Of a stretch of DNA of 64,000 nt, positions 9,362-18,840 are shown piece after piece. The first letter of the stretch is position 1; each line of letters opens with the position of its first letter. The stretch lies in NCBI GenBank assembly GCA_020353515.1, contig CP070695.1, positions 2,578,155 through 2,642,154 on the forward strand, read 5' to 3'. This DNA is from Candidatus Heimdallarchaeota archaeon (GTDB lineage Archaea; Asgardarchaeota; Heimdallarchaeia; Hodarchaeales; Hodarchaeaceae). The notes under the pieces are model-generated. The model worked only from the letters and a program-made list of their open reading frames with translations, was not told the DNA's origin and made no database searches. The position numbers were made by a program, and so were the translations under genes.

Positions 9362-10303
9362 TTGAGTGATTCCGAATTTGTTAAGAAATGGTCTGTAGAA
9401 GATGATGGCACTTTAACTCCCGTCTCTCTTTCTTCGATGTCAGATCTTGCTAATGATAGTGTTTACATTATCGTTGATGAAAACGCGCGGAAAATTTTCA
9501 TCTGGAAAGGTGAGAAAGCACCTGTACGGAGAAAATTTATATCAGCAAAAGCCGCACAGCAAATGCGACAAGAAAAGTACGGAATGGTTTACCGAATAGA
9601 AAGTCTCGACCCAGAATTAGAAGGTGCTGATTTCCTTGCGATTTTTGGTGCAAAACCTGCGCCAAAGGAAGCAGCAGCAGCAGGAGTTTCAGGATCAGAG
9701 GTTTTTACAAAACCAACTCCAGCTCCAACTCCAGCTCCAATGCAAAAACCTGCTGCAGCACCTACACGCGCCCCTACTGCAGCACCCACACGCACCCCTA
9801 CTGCAGCACCTACACGCGCCCCTACTGCAGCACCCACACGCACCCCTACTGCAGCACCTACACGCGCCCCCGCTGCAGCACCCACACACATTCCCACGCC
9901 AGCTGCAAAACCAGCTCCAAGAGTTGTGAAAGAAACTGAAGTAGTAGTCACAGAACCTGTAAAGTCAGTAACACCAACCACTCTGGACGAAGTATCTATA
10001 AAACTGAAGGAAATCGAAATACCAGATGATATGGAACGGGAAATTATCATTATTGGCAATATGGTCTTTTCTGCGATTAAAGAGCATTTAGCTCTTTTTT
10101 CAAAAGATGTTGTGAAATTAGAGCCTATGGATGACTTACCCTCTGGAATTTTTCCCGCTGCTCACTATCAAGTCAGACTTTTTATTGAAGATGGAAGAGT
10201 CATATTCACTGAGCTATTAAGACAAAAGACCCGCTCTGAGAGAGATGAATTCATTGACGATATGCGAAAATCTCTCCAAGATTTATCAAAAATGGGAATA
10301 TAA
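9362..10303 (+). CDS. Asgard single-domain gelsolin with Pro/Thr linker and C-terminal X domain (1DGelX-like)
   Basis: Gelsolin motif DSVYIIVDENARKIFIWKGEKAPVRRKFISAKAAQQM...EGADFLAIF; C-terminal MEREIIIIGN...LPSGIF...YQVRLFIE block. Confidence 0.85.
   Translation: MSDSEFVKKWSVEDDGTLTPVSLSSMSDLANDSVYIIVDENARKIFIWKGEKAPVRRKFISAKAAQQMRQEKYGMVYRIESLDPELEGADFLAIFGAKPAPKEAAAAGVSGSEVFTKPTPAPTPAPMQKPAAAPTRAPTAAPTRTPTAAPTRAPTAAPTRTPTAAPTRAPAAAPTHIPTPAAKPAPRVVKETEVVVTEPVKSVTPTTLDEVSIKLKEIEIPDDMEREIIIIGNMVFSAIKEHLALFSKDVVKLEPMDDLPSGIFPAAHYQVRLFIEDGRVIFTELLRQKTRSERDEFIDDMRKSLQDLSKMGI
9753..9896 (+). repeat. Coding tandem repeat, 24-bp unit (TAAPTR[A/T]P) x~6 with 48-bp superperiod
   Basis: ctgcagcacctacacgcgccccta alternates with ctgcagcacccacacgcaccccta. 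Confidence 0.9.
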
Positions 10304-10325
10304 TTAATCTTTTGGAGAACCTAAA

Positions 10326-10865
10326 GTGCCTGGAGAAGAATACCTGCTCAAAATTTGTGCTATTGGGTCTGGTAGTGTAGGAAAAACCTCCCTCATTAGA
10401 AGGTTTGCAGAGGGAAAGTTTACAACTAATTATTTACCTACCCTAGGAGTAGACATCACAACAAAACAGATTCAAGTTGAATCTAACAATATTAAGCTGA
10501 TACTGGTGGATACTGCGGGTCAGGAGTTTTTTGGCAAACTACGACCAAGTTATTATCGGGGGGCGTCTGCATGTCTCATAATGTTTGCTTTAAATGAAAA
10601 ACCCTCATTTGAAGCCATCCCTGATTGGTTAGCGGAATTTCGGAAACATATTCCGGATTCTGCAGTTCCAATTGCCCTGGCTGGAAATAAGAAAGATCTT
10701 ACTGATCAGCGCCAGATATCTACTGATGAAGCCCATACACTAGCAAAAACATATGATATGACATATTATGAGACATCTGCTAAATTGGGTGGTTCTGAGA
10801 TCGAAGAAATATTTGTTGGCTTAACCAAACGTGTATTACAAAAGAAGCAAGAAAATAACATTTAG
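10326..10865 (+). CDS. Rab-like small GTPase
   Basis: G1 GSGSVGKT, G2 PTLGVD, G3 DTAGQE, YYRGA, G4 NKKD, G5 ETSAK. Confidence 0.95.
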   Translation: MPGEEYLLKICAIGSGSVGKTSLIRRFAEGKFTTNYLPTLGVDITTKQIQVESNNIKLILVDTAGQEFFGKLRPSYYRGASACLIMFALNEKPSFEAIPDWLAEFRKHIPDSAVPIALAGNKKDLTDQRQISTDEAHTLAKTYDMTYYETSAKLGGSEIEEIFVGLTKRVLQKKQENNI

Positions 10866-10903
10866 AAGACATTTTCAACGAAAGAAAATCTCAGGGATTA
10901 ACA

Positions 10904-11656
10904 ATGCAAGCAAATTCCGACTTTGAGGTCATTAAGAGAGACCATCAAGGGGTTCCAGTTGTCAAAATAGTTTTTTGGGGGCCGACTTTGGCAGGAAAAA
11001 CAACAGCACTCACTATTACAAAAGTATTAAAGAGTCTTGAAGATCCTGAGAATGTTTACAAATTTTTAAAGTTAGAAGATCCCACAGGTAGGACTTTGTT
11101 CTTCGATCAAGCAATTTTTGGTGTAGGTAGAACCGCAGCAGGATTACCAATTTTGAAGTATCATCTTTTCACTGTTCCTGGTCAAGAACGGCATGCTGGT
11201 CAACGAAAAGTGGTCTTACGCGGAGCACATGGTTTAATTGTTGTTGTTGACTCTGAAAAATCACGATGGGAAGAAAATAAATTTTCATTACAAGAAATTA
11301 ACACTCTTGCTGGTGATAAACTGGCCAGTGGAGCCCTTCCATATCACATTATGTTAAATAAAATGGATCTTCCCAAAGAACAGCGAATATCGTCATTAGA
11401 GGTAGGAAAACTACTTAGTGAATCGGGAGTAGTAGGAAGTCTTCGAGATGCAGCCGTTCGAATAGTTGAAGTGTCCTGTCTCGAAGCCAGGGATGATCTA
11501 AAGAAACTACTTTCACAAAGTGATCGAAGTAAGATTGTTGATGCCGATGGAAAACTGAAAAAAGAAATTCGACCAATGAGCGTTACTCGAGTTATCAAAT
11601 CAGTTGAAAGCTTAATTCGTGAAATAATTATCCAGATGATGAAACAACAAAGTTAA
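10904..11656 (+). CDS. MglA-family small GTPase
   Basis: KIVFWGPTLAGKTT, RTLFFD, TVPGQ (MglA-type G3), NKMDL. Confidence 0.85.
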   Translation: MQANSDFEVIKRDHQGVPVVKIVFWGPTLAGKTTALTITKVLKSLEDPENVYKFLKLEDPTGRTLFFDQAIFGVGRTAAGLPILKYHLFTVPGQERHAGQRKVVLRGAHGLIVVVDSEKSRWEENKFSLQEINTLAGDKLASGALPYHIMLNKMDLPKEQRISSLEVGKLLSESGVVGSLRDAAVRIVEVSCLEARDDLKKLLSQSDRSKIVDADGKLKKEIRPMSVTRVIKSVESLIREIIIQMMKQQS

Positions 11657-11679
11657 TTACCACAACTTTTTTCTCTTTT

Positions 11680-12357
11680 TTGTTTTCTCAGTCTTCCAAT
11701 TCTATATTAAGCCAGATTTGGAGAGTCATCAGCGTGAGAATCTCAATAACTGATCCCCATATGATTTCAATTGCTGTAAAAGAGTTTAAAAATGGGTCAA
11801 TCGTGGTATTTCCGACAGATACAAGTTATGGACTAGGGACCGTTGGATTAAGATGGAATAACAGTAATATTCGACGAATATACGAAATTAAATCAAGGCC
11901 AATTGATCATCCTCTCAGTCTCCTTGTCACAAAGGAGATGATTTCAAGTTATATTAAGATAAATCCTCTAATTAAAAAGATTTTATCTAAATATTGGCCT
12001 GGTGGCCTCACAGCTATTTTTTCATGTGAAACCAAAGGTTCTCAGGCATTATCCCCACTACTGAATTTTAAAAATCCCCAAAAAATTGGATTTCGTGTTC
12101 CCAATCACGACCTTTTACTAAAGATAATTGAAAAGGTTGGTAGTCCAATCATCGGTACTTCTGCAAATAAATCAGGTTCAAATCCAAAATATGATCTCCA
12201 TTCAATAAGTCAAGAATTTTCTCAAGAGACCATTCATCTTTGGATTGATGCAGGAAAATTAACTGAAATTCCCCCATCTACCGTAGTTGATCTTACCGAT
12301 CCATCGAACCCTATTCTTCTTCGAAGAGGAAGTGTCACATTTGAAGAAAGTATATGA
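11680..12357 (+). CDS. sua5: L-threonylcarbamoyladenylate synthase (Sua5/YrdC); probable start GTG ~11734
   Basis: VFPTDTSYGL, IYEIKSRP, YWPGGLT, GFRVP, TSANKSG, PSTVVDL. Confidence 0.95.
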   Translation: MFSQSSNSILSQIWRVISVRISITDPHMISIAVKEFKNGSIVVFPTDTSYGLGTVGLRWNNSNIRRIYEIKSRPIDHPLSLLVTKEMISSYIKINPLIKKILSKYWPGGLTAIFSCETKGSQALSPLLNFKNPQKIGFRVPNHDLLLKIIEKVGSPIIGTSANKSGSNPKYDLHSISQEFSQETIHLWIDAGKLTEIPPSTVVDLTDPSNPILLRRGSVTFEESI

Positions 12358-12393
12358 GGTAAGAATTGAATCTGAAACTTTAATAATCACATC

Positions 12394-14394
12394 ATGATGA
12401 AGAACGAATGGATAAGTATGCTTAGTCAAGAGACCTCAAGTGACATTCTTGTAATCCATCAGGACAGGATTATTTTCTCATCTGGTCAGGGGCCACTAGC
12501 AAGGCACTCAAAGATTAGTGCAACAGTAACACAAGTACTAACTCTGTTTTCTGAACGAATAATGAAGGGGGAACAAATTCACTTTATTCGGTTTGAAAAA
12601 CACCGCATGATCTTTTTATTCTCTCAAAATATCAAAGATGATAATCTCGTCGCCATTGTTTTGATTCCTATCGAACGGAGTCCCAGACAAGTTATCCCTG
12701 CTATGAGTATTATATTACGTATGCTTGAAGAATCCTTGAAGGGCAATATCGAAGATGCTCAAGCCCAACACCTAGATTGTTTTTACCAGATTCTTTCTTC
12801 TCCTGAAAAAGCCCTTTTTATTGTTCCGCGACAAGCAGATGGTATATTAGCTTCCCTTGTCATTTTAACTGCATTTGCTCATGATATGCGGCTGGGAATT
12901 CATCAAATTACCACAAATATGACCTTTGTTGATCCTAGAAATATGCAAGAACTCCATGAGGTTATAGAAAAATCGAAAACTAAGAGAATCCTTTCTTTCG
13001 TACCTCTTCCACTTGTAGAGGAGAATGAAAATGTCCTCTTTATTGGTTCAGATTTACCTCGCAGACAATACTTTTCAGCCCATCCAGGAGAGCGTATTTA
13101 TGATGTTATTAGTAGAATCTTTGGTAACCAATCTAATGCTGCTAAAATGAGAAATTTGATCTCTAATAATGATGCAAGAGAGCTTGCACACTCAATATCT
13201 ATGTTTCCTCCATCTGAAAATGATTTTATTCGAACAGAAATTTTGTTATCAACTGTATTACAGCCTGGAAAAGATATTATTGTAACAATGTCCTCCCCTG
13301 TTATGCAGAAACTACGAGAGTTAACTCCCACAGAACCAATTACTAGAGAAGCTCCAATTGAAGAGGAAATTCATGTTCCTAAGGAACCTATTATTACTGG
13401 AAAGCCTATTGTTGATGAAATTCCTATCGTCACTGAACCTAAAGTTCATAGAGAAGTTCCTGTAGTCAAAGAAATCCCTCCTATCACGCCTGAACTCGAT
13501 GAAATCAAACCTAAAGTAGAAGTAACCAAGGTTAAACAACCTGAATATCAGCAACCAATAGCTGAACCCATTTTTGAATTAGTAGCAGATCCAGACGCAT
13601 TTCCTCACGTAATTCCTGAAGAAACATCGGAAGTGGTCTCTGAACCTATCGAGTCTGTAGAAGCTATTGCAGTTTCGGATATTGGTAGTGATGTGCTAGC
13701 ACGATTAGATGAGGCAAGAGAACGTGGTTTTGAATATCGATTTGATTCAATCCCTCTAATACTTGACACTACTCCTTATCTTAGTAACATTCCAGGAAAT
13801 GTGAATATTCCTGCTGAGGAATCAACGATTACTCTAAGACTTTTTCAGGGGGAAGATAACCATCTTAATATCCACATTTATACAACTATCGATCGCCTAT
13901 CTGGTTTGAGAGACTCACTGGAGGATCTGACGATCAGAACTGGAGGAGAAATTCACCTAAAAAAGAATCATGTTTCTTTAACTGTCTTAATCGATAAACA
14001 ACAGATTGTCCTTCGAGCATTATTGTGGTTAAGCATTGTAGAGTATCTTACACAAGTCAGAATGGGATTAATGGAAGTATCAGAACTATTTAAAATTCCA
14101 AATGAAGGATCAATTTTAATAATTCCACCAAAAAGGGATTATATCAAGGATAAAATTCCTTCAAAATTCCAAAATTTTATAGAAGAATCAAAAATTCGTA
14201 ATCAATTTGAACAAGAGGACCTCTGGACTCTTGGAAAGTCTCAAAATGAAATCCTTTCACATCTAATGGCTCCTCTTAAGCAAGGAGACGGTGTGGTTTT
14301 TGTGGCTTCCGACAATAACCAAGAAATGGAGGAAATAGCTTTATTTCTACTATTTGTATCCGAAGCTTGTGGTATCGGATTTTCAAGATGGTAA
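12394..14394 (+). CDS. Large hypothetical protein with N-terminal longin-like domain and acidic Pro-rich central linker
   Basis: First ~120 aa show the beta-beta-alpha-beta-beta-beta-alpha pattern (ILVIHQDRIIFS / ISATVTQVLTLFSERIM / IHFIRFEKHRMIFLF / LVAIVLI). Confidence 0.55.
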   Translation: MMKNEWISMLSQETSSDILVIHQDRIIFSSGQGPLARHSKISATVTQVLTLFSERIMKGEQIHFIRFEKHRMIFLFSQNIKDDNLVAIVLIPIERSPRQVIPAMSIILRMLEESLKGNIEDAQAQHLDCFYQILSSPEKALFIVPRQADGILASLVILTAFAHDMRLGIHQITTNMTFVDPRNMQELHEVIEKSKTKRILSFVPLPLVEENENVLFIGSDLPRRQYFSAHPGERIYDVISRIFGNQSNAAKMRNLISNNDARELAHSISMFPPSENDFIRTEILLSTVLQPGKDIIVTMSSPVMQKLRELTPTEPITREAPIEEEIHVPKEPIITGKPIVDEIPIVTEPKVHREVPVVKEIPPITPELDEIKPKVEVTKVKQPEYQQPIAEPIFELVADPDAFPHVIPEETSEVVSEPIESVEAIAVSDIGSDVLARLDEARERGFEYRFDSIPLILDTTPYLSNIPGNVNIPAEESTITLRLFQGEDNHLNIHIYTTIDRLSGLRDSLEDLTIRTGGEIHLKKNHVSLTVLIDKQQIVLRALLWLSIVEYLTQVRMGLMEVSELFKIPNEGSILIIPPKRDYIKDKIPSKFQNFIEESKIRNQFEQEDLWTLGKSQNEILSHLMAPLKQGDGVVFVASDNNQEMEEIALFLLFVSEACGIGFSRW

Positions 14395-14423
14395 GAGAGG
14401 CTATAGGAAATTATTGATGAAGA

Positions 14424-14493
14424 CTGCTATTGTATCGGTCAACAGAGGCTTACCCGTAGCAATGACGTTGATTACCGTCCGGAATAGCAGAGA
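14424..14493 (+). ncRNA. Candidate structured small RNA (H/ACA-like hairpin with K-turn-like motif)
   Basis: CTGCTATT/AATAGCAG lower stem, internal loop, GGTCAAC/GTTGATT upper stem, CAGA...ATGACG K-turn-like boxes, AGA right after the stem; lies between convergent genes. Confidence 0.3.
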
Positions 14494-14672
14494 AGCTTAT
14501 TGCTGTAATCTTTGTTTTTTTTCCAGTCAATTCAACTTACCGTCTCTCTACGCTCCTTTAAAGAATAGTCCCTCTTCATCCCTAATTCATTGAAGAAGAA
14601 ATTTAGTGATTATGACTTCTACATGAAAAAACCAAATTTCTGATCATTAAACTCTCCCTTATGTCTAGTATG

Positions 14673-15365
14673 TTAAAGTAATCGTTTAGGGCAGCTTTTC
14701 GCCTTTGTTATTTCATAATAACCCTCTTCCCGATGTTCATTCCAATGAATTTTCGATTCAAGAATCTTTATATGGGCTGGGAAAAAAGGAGCATCCAATA
14801 CAAAAGATTCAAATTCTCCACCTTCACCTATCATTGATAATTCAGAACCACTTTGTTTGAGAATTTCGACTACCTCAGGAGAAATTTCCTTTCCGAGTAA
14901 TTCTTTATTTAGTCCCATGCTGGAAACAGATGTGAGAATGATACGAAACTCATTGTCAAGTAATTCAGATAACAAAATCTCAGGAGATAATCTCCACAAA
15001 GGATTAAAGCATTTCATGTTCGCAAGGAGAGCTGCATAATTGAACTTAAATCGTTGAAATTCTGATCGTATCCCCCCCGTAATGATTGCTTTAAAACCGG
15101 TTTCAATTAATGCATCCTTGAGGGAATTTATTTCGTCTTCAATATTACAACTGTCTATCTGAATGATTTTATGTGAAATCCCTAACATTTCAGCTATTAG
15201 AGCGACATGTTGACTATTTGGTATATGGAAAAGCAGGCTTTCGGGGCATGAGGATTTTATGGTGAGAATTGATTTTACCTCAAATTGATGTAAAGCAAAC
15301 CATAAAGCTAGAACAGAATCCTTTCCTCCTGAGACAAGTGCTGCCACTTTCAAGATATTCCACAT
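14673..15365 (-). CDS. dph6: Diphthine--ammonia ligase
   Basis: PP-loop SGGKDS, PLW, GEGGEFESFVLDAPFF. Confidence 0.9.
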   Translation of the reverse strand: MWNILKVAALVSGGKDSVLALWFALHQFEVKSILTIKSSCPESLLFHIPNSQHVALIAEMLGISHKIIQIDSCNIEDEINSLKDALIETGFKAIITGGIRSEFQRFKFNYAALLANMKCFNPLWRLSPEILLSELLDNEFRIILTSVSSMGLNKELLGKEISPEVVEILKQSGSELSMIGEGGEFESFVLDAPFFPAHIKILESKIHWNEHREEGYYEITKAKSCPKRLL

Positions 15366-15669
15366 TTACTTGTTCGAGGGTATAAATAGACTCTTAGAAA
15401 TTTTGGTTATTAAAATTGATTACAATGTTTTCAATTTCTAGAAGTATCCCTATAACCACCTAAAAAATTAATTTTCCAAGGAAGAAGCTGCTTGTTGAGA
15501 GACTCCTATCAAATAAAAAACATGGAAATTTATATGTTCTCATTCCAAATTCCTTTCCTCACAAGTAAATTTTCCTTTCATGTAATAAATGCAATTTATC
15601 GGCCTATTAATAACTATCAAGCTCTAGATACTCGAAAGTGCCTGAAAATTTTTCTTAGAGAGAACGAAG

Positions 15670-16590
15670 TTGTCTACAGATATTGGTGAAGAAATAATAT
15701 CGTTAAAAAAAGATCGGGATGCTCTTCTACTAGTACATAACTACCAGGATTCCAAGCTCCATGAACTTGGAGATTTCTCAGGAGATAGTTTTGAACTAGC
15801 TCATAAGGCAAAATACACGGATAAAGAAATGATTGTATTTGCAGGCGCAGAATTCATGGCAGAGACCGCAGTTATTTTAAATCCCGATAAAAAAGTTTTA
15901 ATTCCATCTTCAACTGCAAAATGCCCTATGGCTCATATGCTTTCTCCAAAAGTTATGAAGCGCTACCAAACTCAGTATCCAGATGCCACTATCGCTGTAT
16001 ATGTGAATACAACAGCTGAGATTAAGGCTATGGCTGATATATGTATTACTTCTGGAAATGCAATAGAAATTATTTCAAAACTGGATAATGACCAAATCTT
16101 AATTGGTCCTGATCGCAATCTTGCTTCTTATATTCAACAACAACTTCCCGAGAAAATGATCATCCCTTTTCCTGAAATTGGCCATTGCTATGTTCACCAA
16201 AAATTTATTCCTTCTGATATAAAGAAATTGAGAAATAAATATCCAGAGGCAGAAATTATTGCCCATCCTGAGGTTGCTTCTTCTGTTCAAACACTTGCTG
16301 ATAAAATTTGCTCAACAAGTGGGATGCTCAAGGAGGTTGGTAGATCTACATCTGAGAAATTCATTATTATGACTGAAATTGGATTAATCGATAGGTTACG
16401 ATCAAATTTTCCTACAAAAACGTTCATACCTGCTCGTAAAGATGCTATATGTATCCAACAAAAGAAAATAACAATTTACAATCTATATTTATCTCTTTTA
16501 CATGAAAGGTATCAAGTTAAGGTACCTGCTACAATTGCTAAAAATGCCCGTTTATCACTTGAACGAATGCTCGAATTCTCAGAAGCGTAA
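15670..16590 (+). CDS. nadA: Quinolinate synthase
   Basis: HNYQ, GDS, FMAETA, CPMA, YVNT, CYVH, AHPE, ST, third Cys in AICIQQK. Confidence 0.95.
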   Translation: MSTDIGEEIISLKKDRDALLLVHNYQDSKLHELGDFSGDSFELAHKAKYTDKEMIVFAGAEFMAETAVILNPDKKVLIPSSTAKCPMAHMLSPKVMKRYQTQYPDATIAVYVNTTAEIKAMADICITSGNAIEIISKLDNDQILIGPDRNLASYIQQQLPEKMIIPFPEIGHCYVHQKFIPSDIKKLRNKYPEAEIIAHPEVASSVQTLADKICSTSGMLKEVGRSTSEKFIIMTEIGLIDRLRSNFPTKTFIPARKDAICIQQKKITIYNLYLSLLHERYQVKVPATIAKNARLSLERMLEFSEA

Positions 16591-16604
16591 TCGGAGTCTT
16601 TTTC

Positions 16605-17492
16605 ATGTCTTATATGCCTCCAAAATTGTTAGAAACAAAACTTCTTCAATTCCTAGAAGAAGATATCAACTATGGAGACCTTAGCAGTGATTTAGTACCG
16701 AATGTTCCAATCCATGCTAATATAGTCTCCAAGCAAGAGGGAGTGATATGTGGCTTAAATTTTGCTGAAATTCTCTTAAAATCCTTAAATGTTGAGGTTT
16801 CAAGCTTATTCTCAGATGGAGATACGATTAGAACAGGAGATATTATTTTACAACTGAGAGGCCTCAGTCGTGTAATTCTAGCTTCAGAACGTACAATCTT
16901 GAATATTTTAATGCGCCTTTCAGGAATTGCTACACAAACTCGACGACTTGTTGCGAAGATAAAACAAGCTGGTCAAAAAACAGTTATCGCTTCGACAAGA
17001 AAAACAACCCCTGGATTTAGATATTTTGAAAAATATGCCGTAATAATTGGAGGAGGAGATCCTCATCGATGGAATTTATCTGATACTGTTTTAATTAAGG
17101 AAAACCATCTTCGCTTACTAGGAGAAGAGGCCATTTCAATCATTTTAAATCAATCCTTGAATAAAACCTCATTTACAAAAAAGGTTGAGATCGAAGTTGA
17201 AAATCTTTCAGAATTAAGAATGGCATTAAAGGCCTCTCCAGACATAATTATGTTAGATGATTTTTCTACAGAAGATATTCATTTAGCGATTGACATCATC
17301 AAACAGACCTCAGATCAAGTACGTCCACTTATTGAAGTGAGTGGAGGCATTAATGATCAAAATATCGATGCATTCCTTATTCCTGGTGTTGATATAATTT
17401 CTATGGGAATGCTTACTCACTCTACTTTAGCAATTGATTTTTCATTGAGAATTATGAATATTCTACCTTCATCCCCCGAAAGGAGAGATTAA
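16605..17492 (+). CDS. nadC: Quinolinate phosphoribosyltransferase
   Basis: ERTILN, TRKTTPG, HRWNLSD, KENH, EIEV, IIMLD, SGGI. Confidence 0.95.
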   Translation: MSYMPPKLLETKLLQFLEEDINYGDLSSDLVPNVPIHANIVSKQEGVICGLNFAEILLKSLNVEVSSLFSDGDTIRTGDIILQLRGLSRVILASERTILNILMRLSGIATQTRRLVAKIKQAGQKTVIASTRKTTPGFRYFEKYAVIIGGGDPHRWNLSDTVLIKENHLRLLGEEAISIILNQSLNKTSFTKKVEIEVENLSELRMALKASPDIIMLDDFSTEDIHLAIDIIKQTSDQVRPLIEVSGGINDQNIDAFLIPGVDIISMGMLTHSTLAIDFSLRIMNILPSSPERRD

Positions 17493-17494
17493 AA

Positions 17495-17746
17495 TTGATT
17501 AAATTGATTCGTGGATTTGTTATCGCATTTTTATCTGCAACGATCATTTATTTTGTTATTTTTATTTTTTCACCCTTGCTACCTCTTAATGTCTTTGAAG
17601 GTTACTTTGGGGTAGTTTTATTTTTTATTATTGTTGGATTATCCTTTTTAGTTTACTTAGTTCTACCGCCAGAACCCTCATCACTCAATTCTTCCTCTCA
17701 AATTACGAAGACGGTTCACTCTGATAATTCAGAGAACTCACTCTGA
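17495..17746 (+). CDS. Small two-TM membrane protein
   Basis: Two hydrophobic segments; tight operonic spacing. Confidence 0.6.
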   Translation: MIKLIRGFVIAFLSATIIYFVIFIFSPLLPLNVFEGYFGVVLFFIIVGLSFLVYLVLPPEPSSLNSSSQITKTVHSDNSENSL

Positions 17747-17761
17747 AAAGGAGAACAAAAA

Positions 17762-18493
17762 ATGTCTGGAAATCAAGGATTTCAATCTAAAAGAGCTGTT
17801 TTAGAATCAAGATCCATAGCAAAATCCAGTTGTATATATGGATCCTCACAAATTGGAAGAAATTCCATTATAGACCCTTTTGTTATCATTGGATATCCAA
17901 TACGAGTCAAAACCAAAAATTTCACTGAAAAGAATATGGAACTTCCTCTTGAGAACTCTTATGATAAGATTTCTAATGGCTCAATTATTGGTAAAAATAA
18001 CCATATCAGGCCCTTTACGATTATATATGAAAATTCACAACTAGAGAATGATGTAGAAACAGGAACAAATGTTGTTATCAGAGAGAATTGTCAAATAGGT
18101 TTAGGAAGCATTATTGGAAGCGGTACAATTCTTGATAGTGGAGTATCAATAGGAAAAAGAGCCCGAATTCAATCAAGTAATTTTATTCCTCCAAAAATTA
18201 TTTTAGGAGACAATATTTTTCTAGGACCTGGTGTACGGTTTGCTAATGATCCATATCCAGTGAGTAAAGAGCTTACAACAACTATCGTTGAAGATAATGT
18301 TATAATTGGCATCGGGGCTATTATTCTTGCAGGAATTACAATTAAAGAAAGAGCCGTCATTGCTGCGGGCTCTGTAGTCACTAAAGATGTTCCTAGTGAG
18401 CATGTTATGATGGGGACACCTGCAAGACGGGTTATGTCTCGTGAGGAATATGATACTAAACAAAAAATGTATGAATCTTCGTTTTCTGATTGA
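17762..18493 (+). CDS. Left-handed beta-helix (hexapeptide) sugar acetyltransferase
   Basis: Hexapeptide repeats IGxNxxI; FANDPYP; IAAGSVVTKDVP...GTPAR. Confidence 0.85.
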   Translation: MSGNQGFQSKRAVLESRSIAKSSCIYGSSQIGRNSIIDPFVIIGYPIRVKTKNFTEKNMELPLENSYDKISNGSIIGKNNHIRPFTIIYENSQLENDVETGTNVVIRENCQIGLGSIIGSGTILDSGVSIGKRARIQSSNFIPPKIILGDNIFLGPGVRFANDPYPVSKELTTTIVEDNVIIGIGAIILAGITIKERAVIAAGSVVTKDVPSEHVMMGTPARRVMSREEYDTKQKMYESSFSD

Positions 18494-18527
18494 AACTTCA
18501 AAGCTGTTTTTTTGTAGAAATCTATAT

Positions 18528-18830
18528 TTATAGAGGATGACACTCACAGGGGTTGGCATCACATTTAGGGCATCGATGTGGATATTTCTGATATGCAACA
18601 GTTTCAAGGTCGATATTAAGAAGATTACACACAGAACATAGCCATGCAAATACATCAGCAACTTCTTCTCGAGAAGAGTCTAAATCCCCTTTTAAGTAAG
18701 CCTCAAGGAGCTCTCCAATTTCTGTTTGTAGATGTATTAGGCTTCTGTCTGTCCCTCTTTTTCGATCTCTATCACCATAAAGGATGTTCATTAGATCTTG
18801 AAACTCACGAATTGTGTGATTCACCAGCAA
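18528..18830 (-). CDS. MazG-like nucleotide pyrophosphohydrolase
   Basis: EIGEL, EEVADVFAWL, KYPHRCPKC. Confidence 0.85.
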   Translation of the reverse strand: MLVNHTIREFQDLMNILYGDRDRKRGTDRSLIHLQTEIGELLEAYLKGDLDSSREEVADVFAWLCSVCNLLNIDLETVAYQKYPHRCPKCDANPCECHPL

Positions 18831-18840
18831 TTACACTCCT

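Noticed and set aside
9753-9896. Tandem repeats as a possible CRISPR array
   Set aside because: No unique spacers, in-frame coding, no cas genes; no CRISPR array seen anywhere in the window
9589-10059. Ala/Val-, Cys- and Gln/His-rich alternative ORFs
   Set aside because: Other frames of the 24-bp coding repeat in the gelsolin gene
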